A DNA stretch of 64,000 nucleotides from Octopus vulgaris (GCA_951406725.2 OX597833.1:3968001-4032000); one strand, 5' to 3'; positions 13,172 through 27,312 are shown, counted from the stretch's first letter. Notes: generated from the letters alone by a model not told the origin. Made by a program: numbers and translations.

Positions 13172-15966
13172 GTTTCTTTATTAGCCACACAGGGCTGCAC
13201 ACAGATAGAACAAATTAAAAGGTAGAGCTTTTCTTTTGAAGGTTTAAAAAAAAAAAGGAAGGGGGGAGTTTCGATCAAAAGGGATCGTAAAAGGAGAGAA
13301 AGAGGACAAAAAAAAGGGGGTTTAAAAAAAAAGGGGAGAGGAAAAAAAAAATTTGATCAATAGGGATCGTTATCACAGAAATGTCAATATGAAGTGTAAA
13401 GGGGAGGACAGGTGATGTTTACCCGTGGAAAGAAAAGCCTACGGAAAAGACCACGGTAACCTCGGTCAATGGAGTCAGATGTTATATTTCTTTTTTTTTT
13501 TTTTTTTGCAAATAAGCAACTCTCTGTTTTCAATTTCTGGGTTCATAGGATCATGCTCAAGGTGGCTTCGTCATTCATACGTGCCATTCTTGCTACATTC
13601 ACCCATCTTTTTTTAAAACATTCGCTAGACAAAACTTGCCTCTCTACTCTCACTTTCCTTTTCAAGTGGTACTTGAAGAAGTTGATGAGAGATTGACCAG
13701 AGAGGAAAGTGTTTGTCTCCAATCCTTTCAGACGCGTCCACCAGATACATTCTTTCACCATAGCCACAAGGATGATGAAAATAGCTCTTCCTTCCCGTTT
13801 GAAGGAGGGAGGCGTGACAATATTAACGATAGACTCAGCTGATAAACCGACTTGTCCCACACGTGACAGCAGTTGTTCGACACAAGCCCACAAGTCGGAA
13901 ATTGTTGGACACTACACGAGTGCGTGCAGAACGGTTTCGTCGCTCTGACCGCATCTCGGGCAGGTCGGCCCCGTGTTTCTCGAGCCGTGTCTGTAGAGCT
14001 TATCCCGAACGGGTAGCGCTTCTCGGTAGCACTGTCAGGCCAGGGATCTCTGGAAGTTGTCCATGGGCCCTGGCCCGAAAGTCATTCTGAACAGGCGGGT
14101 CAGGTACTCCTCGTCGACGTCCAGGTTCGCCCCGAGCTCGTCGTCGTACCTCCCCTCCACTAAACCCCTATAGAATGCTTTGGTTGTGTTGAAGTCACTC
14201 AAGGTCGACCCAGGACGGCAGAGTTGCTTGAGAACAACGCGACACTCGCGGTGCCATTCGCCCTTCTTCGGCCTCTTTTTGATCCACGACTGCAGTTCGG
14301 TCATGGAGACGAGCTGCGGGAAAGCGTGCCTCACAAACGGCGACCACACCTGTTCACCGTCGTCTACATAGAGCCAGAGATGTCGCAGTCTCAGCGCGTG
14401 TCTGCGCATCATCAACCACGGCATGCCCAGCCCTCCTTTTAACGGATGTTGACAGCAAATGGATCGCCTGACCATCGGGACGCATCCTTTCCACAAGAAG
14501 CGAAAGAGAATGTGTTGTAGTTTGGTGATGGTAGGGTCGGGACAAGGTACGACGGTCAGGCGGTAGTAGATGACGGACGCGATGTACGTGTTCGCCACCT
14601 CCGCCCGACCTTTTAGGGACAGTTTCCTCTCGACCCATTGCCGGGCGAGAGTGACCACCCTACTCGTTATCTCGTTCCAGTTCTTCTCCACTTGGAGGTC
14701 CGGACCAAACCAGACCCTGAGCAACTCAACCGGGCCGTCGGTCCAGCGTCCCACGACGGAGGCGCTGGTGGACGGCATGGGCTTGCTTCTCCAGGTGCTG
14801 AGTCGCAAGCCCACTGACTTTTCCCGGTTGATTTTCGCTCCTGTCACCGCTTCGTAGTTTTTCAGTGTCTCGCCGACCTGCTCGATGTGCTCGTGGCTAG
14901 ACACTATGACGGTGACGTCGTCCGCGTATGCAGACACGCTCGTCCCGCATCCCAGTTCTCGCGGGATGCCTCTCAAGGTTGCCAGCTTCCGCAATAATGG
15001 CTCGAGAGTCAATACGTATAGAAGCGACGAGAGGGGGCATCCCTGACGGACCGAACGTGCGATGTCGAAGGGTCTCGATAGATGTCCATTCACGCGAATT
15101 ACCGAACGGATGCCTCTGTACAAAGCGGCTATCCAGCCGCGGAAGACGGGACCGAAGCCAGCCGCTCCGAGGACCGCCTCCAAGTATCGATGGTCCACCC
15201 TATCGAAAGCTTTCGATTGATCCAAATTGATCAGCGCCCCACCCATGCCAGGTTCGTTAACTACCCTGTCTATGATGTAGCGCATCAGGTGGAGGTTGTC
15301 ATGGATGGTCCGGCCTGGCACGGCGCATGTTTGCGCCCTGTCGACCAGTTTCTCGATGACAAGCGCCAACCTCTTGGCTAGCACCTTGGCCAAAATTTTC
15401 AAGTCTGCATTAAGCAGAGTGATGGGCCTAAAGTTATCTATTACATTTCCCTTGTTTAGATCTTTCTTCAGCAGTGTTACGGCTCCTCGGCTCACAAAAC
15501 CAGGAATGCTCCCGTTTTGCTGCCAGTTGCAGTACACCGCCGCCAAGAGATCTCCAAACAAGTCTGGCATACAATTGTAAAGCTCGTAGGGTAGACCATC
15601 CAAACCCGGTGATTTGTCCCCCGAGCATTCTGCCATCGCTTCCTGCACTTCCGCCGCCGTGGTGGCACCTTCGCAGCACCCTGCCTTTCTTGTCGAGAGT
15701 CGTGGTAGGCTATGTAGGTAGGCACTGAAGTCCACCCTACGTTCTTGCCCTCCACTCGTTCCGAACAGTCGGGCAAAATGCTGCTGAAAGGCCTCACACA
15801 TTTTACTTGGCTCGAGCAATTCGCGCCCCTGTTCATCTACCAGGGACCGAATGGTGGCTTTGTTGCCCTGTTGCGCCTCTGCCACCCGGGCCTCTCTCGC
15901 GGCTCCAACACCTTCGTTCCTTAGAGCACGCATCCTAGCTCTGACAGCACATCCTTCGTGTTTGGC

Positions 15967-15967
<1 letters not shown>
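13172..15967 (-). mobile_element. 5'-truncated Tx1-like LINE: ORF2 reverse transcriptase, C-terminal CCHC and 3' UTR, with a frameshift near 14050
   Basis: RT motifs KSPGLDGLPYELY, NFRPITLLNADLKIL, LDQSKAFDRVDH, SVRQGCPLS, YADD, GAKINREKS, LSLKGR and GGLGMP; the C-terminus continues in ORF 13543..13893; AATAAA at the 3' end; GATA arrays on both flanks. Confidence 0.92.
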
Positions 15968-16219
<252 letters not shown>

Positions 16220-16445
16220 CAAGGGGATGCTGAAAAGTTCCTGGTTTTGGGTAAAAGAAAATACAGGAGGATCAGCTAATTATGAGTTTTGTTCAAGGTA
16301 TTCCCCTCTCAGATTCACACACATATTGCAACGGCCCTTTAGATTTTCAAAGCCTTGTAAACCAGGCCTTTGTCAGTACCCTTAAAACCAGGAATTGTTC
16401 ATACACCCCTCGTAGATAGATGGACAGACACATAAATAAGTACTG

Positions 16446-16672
16446 CAGCGAGCTGGCAGAACCGTTAGCCCGCCGGGCGAAATGCTTAGCAGTATTTCGC
16501 CTGCCGTTACGTCCTGAGTTCAAATCCCGCCGAGGTCGACTTTGTCTTTCATCCTTTCGGGTCGATAAATTAAGTACCAGTTACACACTGGAGTGGATAT
16601 AATCGACTTAATACCTTTGTATGTCCTTGTTTGTCCCCTCTATGTTTCGCTCCTTATGGGTAATTAAGAAAT
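16446..16672 (+). mobile_element. SINE family A copy
   Basis: Colinear with 7426-7655; lies ~45 nt upstream of the acceptor at 16719. Confidence 0.85.
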
Positions 16673-16718
16673 AATAAATAAGTACTGCATAATTATATTT
16701 CTTTATATATTAAAATAG

Positions 16719-17121
16719 AAACACAAGTGGCAGGTGAAAGCTGTACTGGTAAAGCCATACCTGTACTATGGTTCCGTGTACAACATCGATACAGAAGTGA
16801 AAGAGGACACAGTCAACAACCAGTTGGTTTTCAACGATATAATGTTTACAAAACCAGGCGTCTACATCATCCAACTGACCACCACGTCGACACCGAATGA
16901 ATACACGATTGTTGCCGAGGAAGAAATTCGAGTGAAGCAGTCGCACGTTCTGGTGTTTAGCGACCCCGTGTCAAGTTCAATTAAGATACTCGTTGACATC
17001 GACTACAACAAGGTTGGGTCAACCAACGAAAAGTATTTCCGGGTGTTAATGGAAAACTACTTAATCTATAAGTACCCAAAGGTCACTTTTCCAGAGGTAC
17101 TGGTGTCCGAATCGGAAAATA
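16719..17121 (+). CDS. PKHD1L1: PKHD1L1-like exon
   Basis: taaaatag|AAA CAC AAG TGG continues NIKWR|KHKWQVKA in frame; donor A|gtaagt, phase 1. Confidence 0.75.
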
Positions 17122-17412
17122 GTAAGTAACTTGATTAACAACCTTCTTTATTTAATCTTTAATTATATAATTAGTATAGTAATTAAAATGATAATCTGTA
17201 AAGGTTGTGCCTATAATAATCGGTCCGTAGGGAATGGTAAACAAAGATAAAAGACTAATGATTGAAGAAGATTGGACAAGAATATCCTGCAGGGCTTCTA
17301 TAGAAAGTTTGCTTGTTAGGGACACGAAGGGTTTTTGGGAGGGTTTTAAGGTTACAGGTTGTAACCTGCTTCTCACGTAAATACGACTGAAACCTAAGTC
17401 AAATCAATAATA

Positions 17413-17545
17413 ATATGTACAAAACCAAATATATGACACCCTAGGCATAACAACAACAACATAAACTTCTAACCTGTTGTCTCTTGAGGTCTCTGGGTGA
17501 GACTTGGAGCCAACTTGTACAAATATAAAGCAAAAGTCAAACATA

Positions 17546-17546
<1 letters not shown>
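17413..17546 (+). mobile_element. Shorter copy of the same R4/Dong-like 3' UTR
   Basis: Shares tgttgtctcttgaggtctctggg..agacttggagccaacttgtacaaatataaagcaaaa.tcaaacatag followed by (AAT)n with the 18433 copy. Confidence 0.7.
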
Positions 17547-17588
<42 letters not shown>

Positions 17589-17593
17589 TATAA

Positions 17594-17651
<58 letters not shown>

Positions 17652-17688
17652 GGTGGTAGTGGTGGTGGTGGTGGTGGTGGTGGTGGTG

Positions 17689-17757
<69 letters not shown>

Positions 17758-17930
17758 ATATCATCATTATTATTATTATCATTTTTTCAAAGTACCAGTT
17801 ATGCACTGGGTCGATGTAAATGACTTATCTCCTCGCTTCATGTCTCTTCCTTGTCGTTCCATCTCTCATACTTCTCTCCCTGCCGTTCCGTCCCTGACAT
17901 TTCCCTCTCTCTTTTCTTCCCTCCTCCCAG

Positions 17931-18112
17931 ATATGATGGATGTCTTCGTCAAGTTATATGGTAACATCAACGAGGTATCAGCGACATCAAAGATGATCTG
18001 TGACATGGCCAAGGAACAGCAAAAGATCACATTCAACTCACACCAGGCCTACATTATTTTTAGCATACAAGTGAATGGGACACGATTTCTTGGTTCATCT
18101 TGTGGATCAAAG
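17931..18112 (+). CDS. PKHD1L1: PKHD1L1-like exon
   Basis: Long polypyrimidine tract then ctcccag|AT (phase 1 matches the previous donor); donor AAG|gtatgc, phase 0. Confidence 0.75.
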
Positions 18113-18388
18113 GTATGCGATTCCATTGTAGTTGTTGTTGTTGCTGTGGCTGTTGTTGTTGTTGTGGCCAGTGTTGTTGTTGTATTATTGTTGTTGGAGG
18201 AGGGGGATAATTTTTTAAATTTTGTTTGAAAAGTTGACATTTGGTTGTCTCTGTATATTTAAATATAGAATTAGAAATGAAACAAAAATCTCCCAAAATT
18301 TCTTACAAGGAAAAAACTTTTATTGGTGAGAAGAGCAACGTGAAATTTTAAAATGATGACTTTATATTTTTCATTAATTAATTAATTA

Positions 18389-18432
<44 letters not shown>

Positions 18433-18434
<2 letters not shown>

Positions 18435-18706
18435 TCAGATATCAGATACAAGGAAACCCAAAAATGGCAGAAATTCAAAAGATAGTGCTCATGGGAACTG
18501 CTCATATCCTATGCAAAATACTTTCTATGTAATCTCAGGGTTTAAAACAAACATAATTTTCGGTTTTTTTTTTTGACATTCACTAGTACAACACCAAAAT
18601 ATATGGCACACTATGAACAACATGAACTTCCAACCTGTTGTCTCTTGAGGTCTCTGGGCAAGACTTGGAGCCAACTTGTACAAATATAAAGCAAAATTCA
18701 AACATA

Positions 18707-18707
<1 letters not shown>
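18433..18707 (+). mobile_element. R4/Dong-like retrotransposon 3' end inside (TAA)n
   Basis: Translates QIQGNPKMAEIQKIVLMGTAHILCKILSM*, resembling the R4/Dong ORF terminus; then a 3' UTR and an (AAT)n tail. Confidence 0.7.
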
Positions 18708-18775
<68 letters not shown>

Positions 18776-18780
18776 TAATA

Positions 18781-19243
18781 AAAGATGGGTTACAGCAAAT
18801 ATTCTGCTCAATACCAAAGATTTGCTTGTCTGTTGTTTGACCTTAACCAGTTGAGCATGTCCCTTAGTGGCTGACGATATGTGCATCTCTGATCACAAGC
18901 AGAAGTAGTGGGGGAGCATCATAGCCATGTGTTGATAGGGATTGTTTGAGGTTTGAATAATTCACCTTTGGAAACATGGGTGGTTCGTTCAACATCCTTA
19001 AACAATCCTTATTCAAGGACCTTTTGAGCGGGATGGGCTACTCAACCTGAAGAAATTTCTAACTGGGCCCCACCTGCAAGGTCATGTGCTGTTTATCTTG
19101 ATATGAGATCACCATGTCGCGCACATATGGTTGTGATGCATGTGCCTGGTGTACCCTTATCAGACGGGTAGTCATGATGGGTATACTGGGCTTCGTATAT
19201 TTTACCCCAGTGTCACTTTGATGGCATGCACTGCTCTCTCACT
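18781..19243 (+). mobile_element. ~465-bp element, copy 2
   Basis: Colinear with 598-1062; (AAT)n upstream, (ATT)n downstream. Confidence 0.85.
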
Positions 19244-20290
<1,047 letters not shown>

Positions 20291-20851
20291 AAGGTAGTGA
20301 GCTGGCTGAATTGTTAGCATGCTGGGTGAAATGCCTTGTGGCATTTCATCTGTCTTTACGTTCTGAGTTCAAATTCTGCCGAGATTGACTTTGCCTTTCA
20401 TTCTTTAGGGGTCAGTAAAAGGAGCACTGGCTGTGCACTAGGGCTGACGTAATCAACTCTCCCACTTCCCCACAATTTCAGGCCTTGTGCCTATAGGGGA
20501 AATAATAATTATTATTAAGGCATTGTCTTTACATTCTGAGTTCAAAATCAGGGTTGATAAAATAAGTACCAGTTGGAGACTGGGGTCAACCTAATTGAAA
20601 TTGTTGACGTTGTGCCAAAATTTGGGACCATTATTATTTTTTTTTTATCCTTCTAAATAATAACCTCTGTTGTTAAAAGCAGGGATCACAGAAGTGTGAA
20701 AAGTGTCTGACAGATGGTTAGAGATGGGGGTTGAGGTGGATGCTTTCAAGGGGTCACATGGTGAAAGCAGGGTCCGAGATGAATATCAGTTTGGGGAAAC
20801 AGAAGGGGGAGATGATGGAGGTGGGGAACAGAAACAGGGATATAATATAGA

Positions 20852-21270
20852 AGGCGGCGAGCTGGCAGAAACGTTAGCACTCCGGGCGAAATGCGTAGCC
20901 ATATTTTGTCTGCCGCTATGTTGTGAGTTCAAATTCTGCCGAGGTCAACTTTACCTTTCATCCTTTCAGGGGTCGATAAATTAAGTACCAGTTACGCACT
21001 GGGGTCGATGTAATCGACTTAATCCCTTTGTCTGTCCTTGTTTGTCCCTTCTATGTTTAGCCCCTTGTGGGCAATAAAGAAACAGGTATTTTGTCTGCTG
21101 TTACGTTCTGAGTTCAAATTCCGCTGAGGTCGACTTTGCCTTTCATCCTTTCGGGGGTCGATAAATTAAGTACCAGTTACGCACTGGGGTCGATGTAATC
21201 GACTTAATCCCTTTGTCTGTCCTTGTTTGTCCCCTCTACGTTTAGCCCCTTGTGGGCAATAAAGAAATAA
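20852..21270 (+). mobile_element. SINE family A with tandem duplication of body and tail
   Basis: Head ggcggcgagctggcagaaacgttagcac followed by two ~185-bp near-identical body+tail units. Confidence 0.85.
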
Positions 21271-21497
21271 GGGATATAATAGGAACCAGCCCTACTAAAT
21301 TCTATTTTCCTTTTTCAACTTTACCTGTCATCCTTTCGGGGTCACTAAAATAAGTACCAGTTGGGTACTGGGGTCGATGTAATCAACTACACCCCTCCCT
21401 TAAATTTCAGCCCTTGTGCCTATAATAGAAAGGATCTTATCTTCCTTTTTGTGTAAGTATACTCAATAATTCTTCGTATGTGTCTGTGTGTTTTTAG

Positions 21498-21626
21498 GAT
21501 GGTAAAGTTACGAAGACCAAGACGTTTCCTTTAGAGATCGTCGTTGGAGTGTCAGTGGCCGTCACCCTCCTGCTTGCTGGCGCCATCTTCTTTCTTTTGC
21601 TGAAATTCCAAGTGATTCCCAAATAA
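21498..21626 (+). CDS. PKHD1L1: PKHD1L1-like last coding exon with transmembrane helix and stop codon
   Basis: gtttttag|GAT; DGKVTKTKTFPLEIVVGVSVAVTLLLAGAIFFLLLKFQVIPK*. Hydrophobic TM segment with a very short cytoplasmic tail. Too short to appear in the ORF track. Confidence 0.8.
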   Translation, partial: DGKVTKTKTFPLEIVVGVSVAVTLLLAGAIFFLLLKFQVIPK

Positions 21627-21767
21627 AGGTATGTTTTTAATCTTACTTTTGAACTCAAACAACAGAAATAGTATCTATAGAGGAATGGTCATAGCCTTCT
21701 CAATGAACTTGGTGGATGGACATTCAAAGACACTTCTTGTACATGCATCTATATTCTTTTCTTTTGT

Positions 21768-22147
21768 GGATGCGCAATGGCCCAGTGGTTAGGGCAGCGG
21801 ACTCGCGGTCATAGGATCGCGGTTTCGATTCCCAGACTGGGCATTGTGAGTGTTTATTGAGCGAAAACACCTAAAAGCTCCACGAGGCTCCGGCATGGAG
21901 TGGTGGTGATCCCTGCTGTACTCTTTCACCACAACTTTCTCTCACTCTTACTTCCTGTTTCTGTTGTACCTGTATTTCAAGGGGCCAGCCTTGTCACTCT
22001 CTGTGTCACGCTGAATATCCCCAAGAACTATGTTAAGGGTACACGTGTTTGTGGAGTGCTCAGCCATTTACACGTTAATTTCACGAGCAGGCTGTTCCGT
22101 TGGTCGGATCAACCGGAACCCTCGTCGTCGTAACCGACGGAGTGCTT
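21768..22147 (+). mobile_element. tRNA-derived SINE family C (other copies at 63324 + and ~53900-54111 -)
   Basis: A box tggcccagtggttagg and B box ggtttcgattccc, followed by a non-tRNA body. Confidence 0.8.
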
Positions 22148-23031
22148 CCATTCCACATATTCTTTTCTTTTATTCTTTTACTTGTTTCAGTCATTTGACT
22201 GTGGCCATGCTGGAGCATTGCCTTCAGTCGAGTAAATCGACCCCAGGACTTATTCTTTGTAAGCCTAGTACTTATTCTATCAGTCTCTCTTGCCAAACCG
22301 CTGAATGACAGGGACATAAACACACCAGCATCGGTTGTCAAGCGATGTTGGGGGGACAAACACAGACACACAGACATATACATATCATCATCATCATCGT
22401 TTAGCGTCCGCTTTCCATGCTAGCATGGGTTGGACGGTTCAACTGGGGTCTGGGAAGCCAGAAGGCTGCACAACGGGCTTCTTTCAGTTTCCGTCTACCA
22501 AATCCACTCACAAGGCTTTGGTCAGCCCGAGGCTGTAGTAGAAGACACTTGCCCAAGGTGCCATGCAGTGGGACTGAAACCGGAACCATGTGGCTGGTAA
22601 GCAAGCTACTTACCACACAGCCACTCCTGCGCCTATATATATATATATATGTATGTATGTATGTTTGCATGTGTGCGTGAGAATGCATGTGTGTGTGTGT
22701 GTTTTGTGTGTACACATGTCTTGACACCATGTAATGATTATAAATGAATATTACTGTCATACCATGTGGCCATGGCAAAATATTACTTTGCTTGGAAACA
22801 GGTGATGGTTGGCAACAGGGAGAGCATCCTGCTGTAGAATACCTACCAAGACAACTTTCCCCAACAACACTACACGAGAATTACCCCCCTCCCCCACCAT
22901 CAAATTATAAAAGACATCTTTCTCCCAACACCCTTACAGCATCATAACAATTAGCACAAAAGTGAAAACAGAATTAAATTAAGCATTTTTAAATGACCAA
23001 AATAACTACTTTTTTTCTTTTCTCTTTTCAG

Positions 23032-23800
23032 ATTTGGAAAGTAAATAATGACCTGTCAGTGCCTAAAGGTCAATGTCTGATGTTTGATGTCTTGTATTTT
23101 TACGTCTAATGTTTTTTGCCTGAAGATTGTTTCATGTTTTGGTAGTCTCATCTATGATGGCTTACTCAATACCTGATGTCTGATGTATTGTTACATAAGA
23201 TAATCTCCTTAATGTTTTTTTATGCCTGATGGTTAATGTTGATGTTTAATGGTTAATCATTTATATCTGATGGTTGATGTTAACACCTGATGTCTTCTGA
23301 ATGCTTGAAATGTAATATTCAATACATGTCCTTTCTCTGATAAATATCTGATGACAAGTAAATGTTTCCTGTTTGATCAACACAGAGAGAACATCTCTTT
23401 TCCATATCTTCTTTAATTATTTCAAATATCTCATATATCTCCCAAACCACTTATGAATTGCTACAAATTTCTCACCTCCCTTACGCCCTCCTCCCATTTC
23501 ATACGTCCTTCCACGTCTATAAATTGCTACAAAATTACCATCACCATCCACCCCCCGTAAACTGCTATGAATGAATAGTGTTCTTTTCATAAACTGCTGC
23601 ACATGTCTCCTGAAGATCTGCAATAGGAAATTCCACATACATATATGTATATTATGTGTGTGTGTATGTTAATACATGTGTGAATGTATGTAAGTGTGTA
23701 TATATATATATATATACCTGAATCACAACTATGTATGCAATCAATTGGACCGCATGGGTACTTGACGCTCATGAGGGTCCAATAAATTGTATCGAAGACA
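23032..23800 (+). other. Probable terminal 3' UTR exon of the PKHD1L1-like gene
   Basis: Donor AG|gtatgt 2 nt after the stop (21628/21629); strong acceptor ttttttcttttctcttttcag| at 23031; AATAAA near 23781. The end coordinate is approximate. Confidence 0.5.
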
Positions 23801-24095
23801 AATGCTGCTGATGACTTATAGATAAATATGTGAGTATAATTGCATATTATATTGATAAAGAAACAATTGTTCAGCATTAATCTATCTTTTCGTTGTGTTT
23901 CACTTTCCTTACGTTGTTATTTCTTTGTGGAAACAACTTCGGTGGCTATACCAGAATAAGGAGCTATTTTTAGCACTAGAGTTAACCACTTAACGGTAAC
24001 TCTCTTATATTTATGTATATATATATATATATATATGTGACCATGGTGATTTTTTTTCCTCCGTCTTCCCTTCCTTGGATCTTTCCTTTTCCTAT

Positions 24096-24130
24096 GTTTC
24101 TGACGAAGAGCTCCGCTCGAAACATTAAAC
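24096..24130 (+). ncRNA. Minimal type-I hammerhead ribozyme motif (Penelope-type)
   Basis: GTTT-CTGACGA-A-GAGC(TCC)GCTC-GAAA-CATT-AAAC: intact core boxes with stem I and stem II. Confidence 0.65.
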
Positions 24131-24224
24131 CCTCCTTCTTTCTTTCCTTTCCTGAGTGTCCAATAACACTATACTTGTTCCACGTCCTCATGTGTTTTCT
24201 CTTTGTGTTTTCATGTTTGGGTTA

Positions 24225-24266
<42 letters not shown>

Positions 24267-24414
24267 TGGGCACACATCTATATGTTTATATATATATATA
24301 GTTATATATACATATATATATATATACATTTATATATATGTATATATATGTATGTATGTATATATGTGTATATATGTATATGTATGTGACAATATGGATA
24401 TTTATTTATATGAA

Positions 24415-24456
<42 letters not shown>

Positions 24457-24880
24457 TTCATATAAATAAATATCCATATTGTCACATACATATACATATA
24501 TACATATACACATATATACATACATACATATATATACATATATATAAATGTATATATATATATATGTATATATAACTACATATATATATAAACATATAGA
24601 TGTGTGCCCATGCACACACACACATATATTATACATATTACACACACACATTCTTTCATACATATACCTCTATAAATACATACATACACATGCACCAATA
24701 CACACATAGAAAACATACCATCCAGACATGACCCTCCAAACTGATCAACCAACCACCCTATGCCAGCATCTTCAGGGGCCCTTCCCCAAGAACACAGTTC
24801 CTCAATACCCTCATCACCATTACAAACTGCTGACCTTTGACCAATGTACCAATCACTTCACCTCTCTGTGGATATGGTCA

Positions 24881-24920
<40 letters not shown>

Positions 24921-25016
24921 TATCATCATTATTATTATTATTATTGTTATTATTATTATTTGCTGTTGTTATTGTTATTGTTGTTGTTATTGTTATTATT
25001 ATTGTTATTATTATTA

Positions 25017-25065
<49 letters not shown>

Positions 25066-25239
25066 CCCCTAAAGTTTGTCTATATCAACTAACACTCGTA
25101 TTTTCTTTGATATACATTTTCTATTTTATTTGAAAATATTTTTTGGTTTGCTTTTCACAATATATTCTTGGTGTTTATCTCACATATAGACAATGTAACC
25201 TGCGTGTTTATTTCATACACACACACACACACACACACA

Positions 25240-25287
<48 letters not shown>

Positions 25288-25439
25288 TAGAAGGTTTGGA
25301 GATGATGTACATATATATACATATTAGAAGAAATGAGGTACTCAGAAATTCATATGGTTTTATATTTACAGATATTTATTAAATATCTGTAAACATAAAA
25401 ACCATCCGAATTTCTGAGTACCTCATTTCTTCTAATATG

Positions 25440-25482
<43 letters not shown>

Positions 25483-25485
25483 ATA

Positions 25486-25526
<41 letters not shown>

Positions 25527-25922
25527 GTTTATATATTTGTTGTGCAAGACCTTTTATGTGAAGTCGTGTGTTGAAACAGATATTGTTGTATTTCGAATGG
25601 TCATTTTGCCAGTTTAGTCAATAAAAACACACGCACTATATATTTAGTCTTACTTTGCTTCAGTGTTATTTATTTTTTACATTAATCTTAATCTTATTTT
25701 GTATTTTGTATTTCTATGGCTGACAGTTAGTAAGGAGAGACACAAATAAGAAAGAAGAAAACAAAGGACCACTGATGCGGTCACAGGAGTGTGACAAAAG
25801 AACTCTGGCCGAAATAAGATTAAGATTAATGTAAAAAATAAATAACACTGAAGCAAAGTAACACCAAATATATAGTGCGTGTGTTTTTATTGGCTAAACT
25901 GGCAAAATGACCATTCCGAAAT

Positions 25923-25965
<43 letters not shown>

Positions 25966-26384
25966 CATATATAGATATGCATGTATTTGAAAGTAGGTGA
26001 AAGCAATGTTCCTCAAAACACACCAACCAACCAATACTTGTCAGTATTCTGTATGTGAAGCATTTTTGTCAAGAGAATGGGAGGGTGGGGTGGAGGGGAG
26101 ATACACACCATATCAAATTGTTTGAATTTCATATTTTTTGTACTCTATAACCTGGAACACTTGTTTTTATTATCCGATTGATCTATTTTAAAATTAGTAT
26201 TTTTATTGTTATTGTTGTTATGGTTAAAGAAGTGGACACTATACCTGTTATCACTTATATATCTTCTGTGAATATTTTACATATCAATATACTATACTAT
26301 ACATACATACATTTATATACATAGCACAAGTATATATATATATACACATGTGTGTGTGTGTGCATGTGTGCGTGTATTGTATCA

Positions 26385-26576
26385 GGACAATTACCCCCCA
26401 GAGGACAAATCCCTCCGATGACAACTACCCCCAGGACAATTACACCTCCCCCCTACCCTTGGTTAATTACCTCCTCTTCAATATATTAAGAAGTTTTAAA
26501 TCATAATTTGTTGTCCTCAAGGGTAAATTGTCCTGGGGGGGTGGTAAATGTCCATGGAGGCAGTAAATGTCCTAGA

Positions 26577-26579
<3 letters not shown>
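26385..26579. mobile_element. MITE-like element with tandem GGACAATTACCCCC subterminal motifs in inverted orientation
   Basis: About 4x ggacaa(t)tacccc on the left and 3x ggtaaa(t)tgtcc on the right. Confidence 0.5.
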
Positions 26580-26614
<35 letters not shown>

Positions 26615-26671
26615 TACACACATATATATATGTATATATTTATGTATATATATATATATATATATATATAA

Positions 26672-26711
<40 letters not shown>

Positions 26712-26829
26712 ATATATGTATATATATATATACATACATACATGCGTACATACATACATACATGCGTACATATATACATACATATATGTTCACACACATA
26801 CATATATATATATGTACATAGACATATAC

Positions 26830-26889
<60 letters not shown>

Positions 26890-27261
26890 TTCATACATCA
26901 ATTACTAATCAATTACAGATCATTTCATCAGATGGAAGATATCAAAATATAACCTGATTGAAATGTTACCCTTTCATAAAAAAAAACACTATATCTAAAA
27001 GATAAAAAATAGCATAATTGATAAATAACAAAAGGCAAAAGTGTTAAATTTTATTTTTTATTTTTCATTATTTCATATTTTTATTTTTATTCTTTTCTTC
27101 TCACTATTTTCCGGTCTCCCCCAGACCTCCTTGTTATACTCAACGCTGATTATCTTTTATCAATTATTGATCACTTAAGTTGTTTATTTTCTTCTTTGTC
27201 TAAGTGTGATTCTTTTTTTATATAAATGCAGTTTCTTAGTTGGTCTTTATATTTCGATATA

Positions 27262-27312
27262 TTCCATCTGATGAAATGACATATAATTTGATGGTTGTTG
27301 AAACGTATGTAA
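27262..27312 (+). ncRNA. Hammerhead-like motif, degenerate
   Basis: TTCCAT-CTGATGA-AATGAC(13 nt)GTTGTT-GAAACGT-ATGTAA; partial inverted copies near 26925 and 27755. Confidence 0.45.

Noticed and set aside
21768-21845. tRNA-like sequences (also at 63324, 32008, 28818, 35824)
   Set aside because: They are SINE heads: A/B boxes run into repeat bodies present in several copies, with no convincing acceptor stem or terminator.
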